In this document: positions 17,739 through 25,612 of the stretch, in pieces
How positions within the stretch are numbered: the first letter of the stretch is position 1
Layout of the letters: the number at the start of each line of letters is the position of its first letter
DNA from: an uncultured Chromatiales bacterium
GTDB taxonomy: Bacteria > Bacteroidota > Ignavibacteria > SZUA-365
NCBI GenBank assembly: GCA_964448285.1
Contig: CAYUWG010000006.1
Span: forward strand, 13,715 to 77,714
DNA length: 64,000 bases
Reading direction: 5' to 3'
The notes under the pieces: generated by a model
Seen by the model: only the letters and a program-made list of their open reading frames with translations
Databases searched by the model: none
Told to the model about the DNA's origin: nothing
Position numbers and translations under genes: made by a program

Positions 17739-20327
17739 ATGAGCTTTTCTAACATCATCAAGCCACGGCCGGAAGTTCTTAAAAAAGATGGAATTGATAG
17801 CGTCATCGATATCGAGAATTTGCGTTCGAAGAGGTTAAAAGCAGTCGAAAGTAGGCCCAAGGACTTTTTCGATCTCACATATCCTACGAGCGACATCAGG
17901 TTTGTCGTAGAACATCTTCATCGAAGGTTCATGGGCAAAGAGGCTGGTGCAGGAACGTACTTGCTTGAAGGGTACAAAGGGAGTGGAAAATCTCATCTTG
18001 AATTGTTCGTGTACCATTTGCTCAATAGCCCAAATGATGCGCAGGAATGGCTGCTTCGAAACGATCTTGAGTGTGCGCTTCCAAAACAGCCGGTTACGGT
18101 TATTCGGAAATTCACCGATTTCCATATCGACACACTGTGGAACTGGATTTTTGACGAGTTGGGAGATCGGAAAAATATGGATCGCCCACCTGACTTGGAC
18201 CAATTTCGAAGAACACTGGCGGGTAGGCAGTTAATCCTGATTCTCGATGAATTGGAGATGGGTATCAAGAGCATTCCGAATGAGGCGAGCCGGGCACAAA
18301 ACCTCGCATTCATTCAAATGCTTAGCGAGGAGGCACAGAGATCGGAATCAGCCACGGTGACGGTGTTCGCATCCGTGTACGATTCAAACCAGGAAGCCGG
18401 GGCAACTCTTAAACGTGTCTCTCCGGTCAACATACGTTTCATGGAGCCGCAGGACAGAAGGAGAATCATTCAGCATAGATTGTTCGCTCAATTCGAAAAG
18501 CGTGAGACGAACCGGATAGATCAAGTCATCCAATCATATGTCAACGAATGGAAAAGGCATGATATCCAGGTTGATGAACGACACATCGAAAGCATGAGGG
18601 AGTCCTTTCCCTTCAGTCCTGAACTTCTTGATACAGTTTTGTACCGTGTTCCCGCAAAAGGTGGGTTTCAGGCGAACAGAGGAGCGCTCGGTCTTCTTGG
18701 AACGGTGGTTCGGCTAACACATAACAAAACCGATCTAATCACTACTGCGCATCTTGCTATCAGCGAACCTACGGTAAGAAATAAACTCGCCGACCTTGAT
18801 CCTGCCCAGAACTTCCTCGATTGCGCTGGCAGTGATTTCAATGATCTCAAAGAACTCAGTGTGGCTGAAGAAATCATTTCCAGTGTCCTTGTCGCATCAC
18901 TCGCGCCCGCTGGCCAGACCATCGGAATAACGGAGATGGAATTGAAGCGGCAAATCATCGAACCAGGGGATGACATCAATGTCTTCTCGAGTACGCTTCA
19001 TGCACTTGAAAAACTTGGGACCTACTTTCAACACCAAGAGGACAGATACTTTTTCGACACGCATGAGAAACCGAACGCCAAAGTGGAATATCGATCCCTA
19101 CGTATCGAAAGAGGCCGAGCGATCGACTATGCTTTGACAAAATGGAAGGTTGACCTTTTCAAAGATCCGGAAGCAGTAGTCTATCGTGATAGAGTTCAGG
19201 TTAACGAGGATCTTTCAATGAGGGACGCTAAGAGGATTAGGTTCGTCCTATCACCCTTTCGATTGAATGAAGATGAGAGAAGGAATGTCTTTCACGGTCA
19301 GCAGAACCAGAACATTATCCTACTCCTCGAACCGCGAACAACGACGTTCAATGCATTGGAGCACCCTGATATTATCAAATGGGGACAAAGGGCGCTTGCC
19401 GCCCAAGAGCTTATTCCCACAGCAGAATCAGACAGACGAAAGCACTATGAGAAGATTTTGGCGGAAGACACGAGATGGATCATCGATACGATCAAGCGGA
19501 CAGGGCTGCATCTGGTCTGGATACAGGACTATGGTGTCATGGAAGAGGAGAATCTTGGAAACGCGTCGACACGTGACGATGTCCTGAAACAATTGCGCGA
19601 CACAATATTTCCTCGTCAGCGCTTCGAGGAACATATCAAGGACCATATCAAGGATTTCTTCGGACAAACGGTTCGCTCCGTCGATGCAATATACAGGAAG
19701 ACGCTTGGCTACCCGATCAGAACAGCTGATTCAACTATCCCTGATGCTATTCGGGAATTATGCAAGTCTGGTGTCCTCGGTCTTATTCATGAACGAGCGA
19801 AAGCATGCGGAACGACCTTCGACCTATCATCGATGGAACTACTCGATGCGACGATTTCAGAGCCATTTGAGGAAGATCAGCCCGCAAAGATGCCCTTCAC
19901 TGAAGGTCTGGGATTCAAGGATCATACGGATACTAAATCGACTACGATCATCGATAAGTCACCCATTTACGATTCTCCTGTGTATTCGTACGAAACGCTC
20001 CAGTTACCGTTCACAACATCAATTCACTCACTACGACAGGGAATCGCAAGTCGTCTGGAGAATCACCCACAGTCGCAGATACACAAGGCAACGTTTTACA
20101 TTCTCATGAAGCATTCGGAGGTTGAACTTTCTTCTTTATCTGCTGCGGTTCGCGGCTCTCTGTCAGGAAAAGGTAGTATTGTCGCTGACATCACTATCAG
20201 TAGGGTTGGCGTCTTTTCCAAAGCTGCGATCGAACAGATGGTTGAGCAACTCCCGTCCTTCGAAGGCGCTCAGTACGGAATGGAATGCAAGATTGAAACT
20301 GTCAGGGAGACCGTATCAAGTGAATGA
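17739..20327 (+). CDS. P-loop ATPase, DUF499/BrxC(PglY)-like defence ATPase (tentative family assignment)
   Basis: 862 aa. Walker A LLEGYKGSGKSH near residue 80 and Walker B LILILDELE near residue 170, followed by a long non-enzymatic C-terminal region as in BREX BrxC-type ATPases. First gene after the AT-rich junction. Confidence 0.65.
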   Translation: MSFSNIIKPRPEVLKKDGIDSVIDIENLRSKRLKAVESRPKDFFDLTYPTSDIRFVVEHLHRRFMGKEAGAGTYLLEGYKGSGKSHLELFVYHLLNSPNDAQEWLLRNDLECALPKQPVTVIRKFTDFHIDTLWNWIFDELGDRKNMDRPPDLDQFRRTLAGRQLILILDELEMGIKSIPNEASRAQNLAFIQMLSEEAQRSESATVTVFASVYDSNQEAGATLKRVSPVNIRFMEPQDRRRIIQHRLFAQFEKRETNRIDQVIQSYVNEWKRHDIQVDERHIESMRESFPFSPELLDTVLYRVPAKGGFQANRGALGLLGTVVRLTHNKTDLITTAHLAISEPTVRNKLADLDPAQNFLDCAGSDFNDLKELSVAEEIISSVLVASLAPAGQTIGITEMELKRQIIEPGDDINVFSSTLHALEKLGTYFQHQEDRYFFDTHEKPNAKVEYRSLRIERGRAIDYALTKWKVDLFKDPEAVVYRDRVQVNEDLSMRDAKRIRFVLSPFRLNEDERRNVFHGQQNQNIILLLEPRTTTFNALEHPDIIKWGQRALAAQELIPTAESDRRKHYEKILAEDTRWIIDTIKRTGLHLVWIQDYGVMEEENLGNASTRDDVLKQLRDTIFPRQRFEEHIKDHIKDFFGQTVRSVDAIYRKTLGYPIRTADSTIPDAIRELCKSGVLGLIHERAKACGTTFDLSSMELLDATISEPFEEDQPAKMPFTEGLGFKDHTDTKSTTIIDKSPIYDSPVYSYETLQLPFTTSIHSLRQGIASRLENHPQSQIHKATFYILMKHSEVELSSLSAAVRGSLSGKGSIVADITISRVGVFSKAAIEQMVEQLPSFEGAQYGMECKIETVRETVSSE

Positions 20328-20346
20328 TAAGCGGAATATCTTCAAC

Positions 20347-21288
20347 ATGATGCTGCAGCCGGGAGACCGACTGCCTGCAATTCAGATGTGGTTGAAGCAA
20401 TATGTGTGGTCCATTGACCGCTTTTCAGCGATGCCACCGGAAGACTATCTGAGAGACGGTGAGGCATGTGTTTTCAACGTGGAGGAGTTGATGCTTATTG
20501 CGGCGCCGAGGGTTTATGATGAGCTTTATGGTGCTTCCGAACGAGCAAAGCGAATCGAACAGCAGATCGCACCTGACGAACCAACCGCATTCGTCGTGCT
20601 TGATGGTGCCTCGATTCGGGAGATTCCCTTGTTCGAACGTTTAGCTTCCGAAACGGGCTTCCAGATAGTGGAATCAAGCTACAACATTTCAGCTCTCCCA
20701 AGTGATACTCTTTCTTTCATCGTTCAACGTATCACGAGCAAAGAAGTAGCTCCAGTCCAACTTCCAACGAGAAAGGAACTTATAGAACGAGGATGGAGCG
20801 TGTGGTATTACGACGCTGCGATTCGGAATCATGAGCTGCCGAACGATGGAAGACATCTCCTTCTCTGGTCTGCATTTCCGGACGCGACGTATGGGAATTT
20901 TGAAGCCAGGGCTGCGAGCCATTTCACAGGGATCGTCACGCTGTATGAGACAGTCTGGAAGAACGTAGTGCAGGCGATACCGAACGGATACAGGATCATT
21001 CTGACCAGCGACCACGGATATGCGTATTTCGGGACCGGGCTGGATTCGAATCATACAGTTTCGGGTCCGCGAATTCTGGAACAAGCACGTTACAAGTTTT
21101 TTTCAGACAGTGACGACTTTCCTGAACCTGCAATCGACCTCTACACACTCCCAGAAAAGCGACTCGCTGTCCTGAAAGGTCGGGTGAAGAACAGGCCACA
21201 GGGACCGATGGGGAATCGCGTGTATAGGCACGGCGGAATGTCGTTGATGGAAATGCTCACACCATGGCTCGTACTGAAAAGAATGTGA
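20347..21288 (+). CDS. PglZ-like alkaline-phosphatase-superfamily protein
   Basis: Motifs FVVLDGASIRE (metal-binding Asp strand), ILTSDHGYAYFG (DHG) and YRHGGMSLMEMLTPW (HGG.S..E..P) are the alkaline-phosphatase-superfamily core as seen in PglZ. An alternative GTG start at 20320 overlaps the upstream stop. Confidence 0.65.
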   Translation: MMLQPGDRLPAIQMWLKQYVWSIDRFSAMPPEDYLRDGEACVFNVEELMLIAAPRVYDELYGASERAKRIEQQIAPDEPTAFVVLDGASIREIPLFERLASETGFQIVESSYNISALPSDTLSFIVQRITSKEVAPVQLPTRKELIERGWSVWYYDAAIRNHELPNDGRHLLLWSAFPDATYGNFEARAASHFTGIVTLYETVWKNVVQAIPNGYRIILTSDHGYAYFGTGLDSNHTVSGPRILEQARYKFFSDSDDFPEPAIDLYTLPEKRLAVLKGRVKNRPQGPMGNRVYRHGGMSLMEMLTPWLVLKRM

Positions 21289-21316
21289 TGAAACCGATGA
21301 ACGAAAAGGAACCATC

Positions 21317-21583
21317 ATGAAAACACTCCAGCATCAGTCGAAGAAAGTAAAGATCGGAACGGTTCTCGATGAGGACATCCTCCGAAGATTGAAAGAACGA
21401 GCCGCACGTGAAGGGCGCACTATCGCCGCGCTCATCGAGGAAGCCGTCCTCAAGTACGAACAGGAGGAAGCGTTTGCGCGTGAGATGCGGCTCCGCGCTC
21501 TTGAATCAGTCTTTGCCGTCAAATTCAATATCTCGCGGGAGGACTTCGAGGCGATCATGGAAGAGGATTACTACGACCAATGA
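21317..21583 (+). CDS. Ribbon-helix-helix (CopG/VapB-like) antitoxin
   Basis: 88 aa. ILRRLKERAAREGRTIAALIEEAV is a typical RHH fold sequence. Overlaps the downstream PIN gene by 4 bp. Confidence 0.7.
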   Translation: MKTLQHQSKKVKIGTVLDEDILRRLKERAAREGRTIAALIEEAVLKYEQEEAFAREMRLRALESVFAVKFNISREDFEAIMEEDYYDQ

Positions 21584-22089
21584 ACCTGGACGACGTGAGA
21601 AATAGGGACGTGATCATTCTCGACGCGAATATCTTCGTGTATGGAGCGCTGGAGATGTCCGAGCAATGTATGCGTTTGCTCCGGCGATGCGCGGCGCGGG
21701 ATGTAACCGGTGTCGTTGGGTTGCAACAGATGGCGGAGGTCATGCACCGCCTCATGATGATCGAAGCGCGTGAAAACAAATGGACGCCGGGAGCGAATCC
21801 GGCCAAGACCCTTGCCAACCACCCGGATCGCGTGCGCTCGCTCAACAGGTACGAGCAGGCAGTCAAGGGATTCTTTGCAAGTGGCTTTCGATTTGAAACG
21901 CTCATGAAGGAGGATTTCGGGATCGCGCTCTCGTTGCAGCGGCAATTCGGGCTGATGACGAACGATGCACTTCTGGCTGCCATGGCGGAAAGACTCCGCA
22001 TCCAATCCATTGCGAGCGCGGATACGTCATTCGCGAACGTGCGAGGGATGATGCTGTATCAACCGGATGACGTTGTATCAACCGGATGA
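21580..22089 (+). CDS. PIN-domain ribonuclease toxin (VapC-like)
   Basis: 169 aa. N-terminal VIILDANIFVY (first acidic residue) and later MTNDALLAA motif typical of PIN domains. Confidence 0.75.
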   Translation: MNLDDVRNRDVIILDANIFVYGALEMSEQCMRLLRRCAARDVTGVVGLQQMAEVMHRLMMIEARENKWTPGANPAKTLANHPDRVRSLNRYEQAVKGFFASGFRFETLMKEDFGIALSLQRQFGLMTNDALLAAMAERLRIQSIASADTSFANVRGMMLYQPDDVVSTG

Positions 22090-22111
22090 TATGAAATAAG
22101 ACAGGCAGACA

Positions 22112-22531
22112 ATGAAGGAAAAAGAGGAAATATATCTTGAGGAACGAAGGATGCTGGTTCAGGCGGAGCAAGATGCTTATCAGCAGTTCGATAAAACGAT
22201 CATTACAATTGCAAGCGGAGGATTAGGACTCTCACTTCTTTTCTTGAAAGATATTCTCGACAAGGATCAAATCACTAGTCAATGGCTCCTGATTGTCTCA
22301 TGGTGTTCATTCATCCTTTCGATTCTTTCTACTCTCTTGTCATTTATGGGAAGCCAGCGCGCCTTTAGAAGACAAATAGAAATTACCGATGAATTGTATT
22401 CAAAGAATCAGACTCATGATTCTAATAACAAGCCAGCAAAAGCCACTGAGAAGTTGAACTACTTTTCGATTGGTTTCCTGATCTTAGCGATTATTCTCCT
22501 CGTCATTTTTGTTTCACTAAACTTTCAATGA
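22112..22531 (+). CDS. Hypothetical membrane protein (AT-rich cassette)
   Basis: 139 aa. Charged coiled N-terminus followed by 3 TM helices. Local GC about 38% versus about 55% in surrounding genes. Confidence 0.45.
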   Translation: MKEKEEIYLEERRMLVQAEQDAYQQFDKTIITIASGGLGLSLLFLKDILDKDQITSQWLLIVSWCSFILSILSTLLSFMGSQRAFRRQIEITDELYSKNQTHDSNNKPAKATEKLNYFSIGFLILAIILLVIFVSLNFQ

Positions 22532-22540
22532 GGTTTTATC

Positions 22541-22744
22541 ATGTCTGAAGACAAAAACGAAATAATTACAGTTGCAAATGGTAGGGTTCCATCTCTCTCG
22601 CACCCTCTTCTCAGCGATGCTAAAAAACCGCGTCTTGAGGGAGCCGTCCCTCCAAAACCTCCGGTGCCGCTGAAACCGACAACAAGCGAACCACAACCGG
22701 AGGGTGGAAGTCAGGGAAGCCCGCCGAAGGAGAAGAAGGAATGA
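22541..22744 (+). CDS. Hypothetical small Pro-rich protein
   Basis: 67 aa (PPKPPVPLKPTTSEPQPEGG). Overlaps the next ORF by 4 bp, with a GAGG-like RBS. Could be spurious. Confidence 0.3.
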   Translation: MSEDKNEIITVANGRVPSLSHPLLSDAKKPRLEGAVPPKPPVPLKPTTSEPQPEGGSQGSPPKEKKE

Positions 22745-23379
22745 CTTTGAGAAAAGGATTTGACCTCTATGAATACACAGGGATTCTCGTCCCTGGTTAC
22801 TTACTGTTGGTAGGAATAGCTCTTTTGCATCCTGAAGCGAAATCCTTCCTATTGTCTGTTAATTTCACAGTTGGCCATTTTGGGCTTTCGGTACTCCTTG
22901 CGTATTCCGCAGGGCATCTTCTACAAGCACTGGGAAACATGATCGAATATCTGTGGTGGGAACTCTATGGTGGTATGCCTACCGATTGGGTAAGAACTGG
23001 AAAGCATTTCCTCCTTGCACCAGATCAGATCGTAATGCTGAAGAACAAGATGTCAGCTATACTTGGACTTTCGGTCAAGAATGAACTGCAAGAATATTCG
23101 AAGGAGGAATGGTCCTCTATAATCCGGCAAGTATATGCGGCAATTGATGGAGATAACCGTTCAAAGCGTGTCGATATCTTCAACGGTCAATATGGCTTGA
23201 ACAGAGGTATAGGAGCTTCCTTTCTATTCCTTCTTGTTGTCACGTTGCTTTACTATGGGCTCTCCTCGTGGAGTATCCAGATTTGGCTATGTGCAGGATT
23301 CGTTGTTTCGATTTACAGGATGCATCGGTTTGGTAGGAATTATGGACACTCTCTTTTCATGTCTTTTATTATCGAATAA
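22741..23379 (+). CDS. Hypothetical polytopic membrane protein (AT-rich cassette)
   Basis: 212 aa with 4-5 TM segments. No recognisable family. Confidence 0.45.
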   Translation: MTLRKGFDLYEYTGILVPGYLLLVGIALLHPEAKSFLLSVNFTVGHFGLSVLLAYSAGHLLQALGNMIEYLWWELYGGMPTDWVRTGKHFLLAPDQIVMLKNKMSAILGLSVKNELQEYSKEEWSSIIRQVYAAIDGDNRSKRVDIFNGQYGLNRGIGASFLFLLVVTLLYYGLSSWSIQIWLCAGFVVSIYRMHRFGRNYGHSLFMSFIIE

Positions 23380-23482
23380 TAACAGTTTGTACTGAGCGTG
23401 GAAGATTTGTATAATTGCTTCTTATGTTGTATATTCATAATATGAAACAAATATTTATTACCCAAAATACAGGAGATAAGAA

Positions 23483-24424
23483 ATGAACATTCCAAAAAAG
23501 CGAACACGATTTCGTGCATATCAACTAAAGACTGAGGGGTCCTCATTTTCGTACTTTGATGGAGACGCATTTACACTTATCGAAGCGCGCTGCAATGAAC
23601 ATAATTGTTCGAATATATGTGATGAATTGGGGGAATGCGACAAGAGTAGAATTGATTCTCTTCATATTACGAGTTGGGATGAAGACCATTGTGCTTTTAA
23701 GGAGTTAGAGGAAATACTCGACACCTTCACGCCAAAAAGGATTGAATATCCTGGCTACGAACCGAAAACTGAAAATGGTAAGCATTGTTTAAGTGCAATT
23801 TATTCATACAATAAGAAAGAATGGAGATGGATAGTAAAAGTAAATCCAGAATATATTCGCGGTTTGAAGAAGGCGGAAGCGCTTGGCTATCAAGACATTT
23901 TGTACAATCCATTGGTTATCATGGAGACGTCGAACGACAATTCGACTATTAAATTCTTTCGAAAGGGATCATTTAACGTAATAAGCCTCGGTGATGTTGA
24001 GAGCCCGATGATTCGCTCGAGACTTGAAAGGCTCAGTATTTTCAATTCTGAGATAGACGTCATGATATTATCCCATCACGGCGCAGATAATGGCTTTACA
24101 ACCAAATCATTTTTAAGCAAAACAAAACCAACTGTGGCTATAGCTTCAGCTAATTACGAAAATGAATATGAACATCCAAGAAAGAGTATTCGAAACGATC
24201 TGTACGAATTGAACATACCAATCTTTACGTCTAAAACGGGAGATGTGATAATCGAATCCACAGGAGATCACACAGGCTCATATAGAGTCACAAACTTAAA
24301 GAGTGATTCGACGGATATATCGTCGCAAAGGGATTTTAAATCAAAGAAGGCATCCAAATTGACTCATAATGCGGATTCGATTCGAAATCATTATAATCCC
24401 AAGAGACCGTTTTATAGGTTCTGA
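23483..24424 (+). CDS. MBL-fold metallo-hydrolase, ComEC-C-terminal-like (possible nuclease)
   Basis: 313 aa. DVMILSHHGADNGFTTKSFLSKTKPTVAIASANYENEYEHPRKSIRNDLYELNIPIFTSKTGDVIIE parallels the ComEC/MBL pattern V.HHGS......FL..V.P..A.IS.G..N.YGHP. AT-rich. Confidence 0.5.
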   Translation: MNIPKKRTRFRAYQLKTEGSSFSYFDGDAFTLIEARCNEHNCSNICDELGECDKSRIDSLHITSWDEDHCAFKELEEILDTFTPKRIEYPGYEPKTENGKHCLSAIYSYNKKEWRWIVKVNPEYIRGLKKAEALGYQDILYNPLVIMETSNDNSTIKFFRKGSFNVISLGDVESPMIRSRLERLSIFNSEIDVMILSHHGADNGFTTKSFLSKTKPTVAIASANYENEYEHPRKSIRNDLYELNIPIFTSKTGDVIIESTGDHTGSYRVTNLKSDSTDISSQRDFKSKKASKLTHNADSIRNHYNPKRPFYRF

Positions 24425-24435
24425 CTACTTACCCC

Positions 24436-24642
24436 ATGATCCGCGCCATCGAAGAGTATTTCCCCATCGTGGACATCAACCGCCTTGCGGTGCCGGAGCG
24501 AAATGCGTTCAAACCGATCTATCAGATGCACAAGGGGTTTGCGCGGCGTTCGGTTATGGTTTTTCGTACGATCCTGTTGGGCGCGATGAAACCTGTCAAC
24601 CCAGATATTATGGAGGAGTTCTACGGGACGGAGAGACGATGA
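24436..24642 (+). pseudogene. Decayed in-frame duplicate of the first ~65 codons of the DUF1156 methyltransferase gene
   Basis: MIRAIEEYFPIVDINRLAVPERNAFKPIYQMHKGFARR... versus MTRAIEEYFPIVDINRLAVPERNAFKPIYQMHKWFARR... at 25609. Roughly 85% nucleotide identity over ~190 bp (my manual alignment). Terminates at an ATGA overlap with the next gene. Confidence 0.7.
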
Positions 24643-24983
24643 AACGAAGCACATCCCAAAGAAAATCGCAACTCGAGCGCCTACCTCAATCGGTTCGTGA
24701 TATCTTCTGGGAATACGAAAAAGGGTCCATCTCATGGCAGAAGGACCGCGACCTCATCATCAAGAAAATCTTACATCACGGGTCGTGGGACGCCCTGTGT
24801 TGGATGAGGTCGGTCATCGATGACGAATCGCTTCGAACGTGGTTGATCGATCATGATGGTGCGGGTCTCGATGCGAAGCGATTGCGCTACTGGCAACTCA
24901 TCCTCAACCTGCCGGTGTCCAACGTGAACAAGTGGATTCAAACATACCGGGATAATCCCTGGAGCCGGAGGATGACGGGATGA
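24639..24983 (+). CDS. Small protein encoded upstream of and overlapping the AbiEii-type toxin gene; putative cognate antitoxin/regulator
   Basis: 114 aa (MKRSTSQRKSQLERLPQSVRDIFWEYEKGS...). Its start overlaps the stop of the methylase fragment and its stop overlaps the AbiEii start (ATGA). Family not recognised; shorter than classical AbiEi. Confidence 0.45.
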   Translation: MKRSTSQRKSQLERLPQSVRDIFWEYEKGSISWQKDRDLIIKKILHHGSWDALCWMRSVIDDESLRTWLIDHDGAGLDAKRLRYWQLILNLPVSNVNKWIQTYRDNPWSRRMTG

Positions 24984-25612
24984 AGATCCACGAGGAGGTA
25001 TTGTCGCCGCGGCAAAAGAACCTTGCCCGTCGCATCGGGCCGGCACTTTCCCGACAGGGTTTTTATCTCGCAGGTGGGACGGCATTGGCTCTCATGGTGG
25101 GACATCGGCATTCTGTTGACTTCGACTACTTCATCGACGATCCGATGAACGATCCTCAATCCGTCATCGAGACCTTGCGCAAGGTCGGTTGTAATCCTAT
25201 CGTGGAGATTCTGGAGAAAGGCACTGTTCACGTGACGTGGTCGAGCGTCAGGATGTCTTTCATTACGTACCGCTATCCGATGCTCCAGCCTTTCGTTGAA
25301 TGGAAAGAAGGTGGATGTCGGCTTGCTTCGCTGGACGATATCGCATGCATGAAGCTTTCCGCTCTTGCGCAACGTGGTTCGAAGAAAGACTTCATCGATG
25401 CATTCGCGCTGATCCGGAAACACAAACCGCTTTCGGATCTCCTGCAACTCTATCAAAAAAAATTCGATGTCTCTGAGATTGTTCATGTGCTCTATGGATT
25501 GAGCTATTTCGACGACGCAGACAAAGAGCGTTCACCCAGGATGCTGTGGGATGTCTCATGGAAAGAGATAAAGAAAAAGCTCACAGAACACGTAAGGAAC
25601 CTCTCCCCATGA
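24980..25612 (+). CDS. Nucleotidyltransferase of the AbiEii/AbiGii toxin family
   Basis: 210 aa. FYLAGGTALALMVGHRHSVDFDYF is the family's characteristic GG.AL..HR.S.D.D motif region. Stop overlaps the methylase start (ATGA). Confidence 0.7.
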   Translation: MKIHEEVLSPRQKNLARRIGPALSRQGFYLAGGTALALMVGHRHSVDFDYFIDDPMNDPQSVIETLRKVGCNPIVEILEKGTVHVTWSSVRMSFITYRYPMLQPFVEWKEGGCRLASLDDIACMKLSALAQRGSKKDFIDAFALIRKHKPLSDLLQLYQKKFDVSEIVHVLYGLSYFDDADKERSPRMLWDVSWKEIKKKLTEHVRNLSP

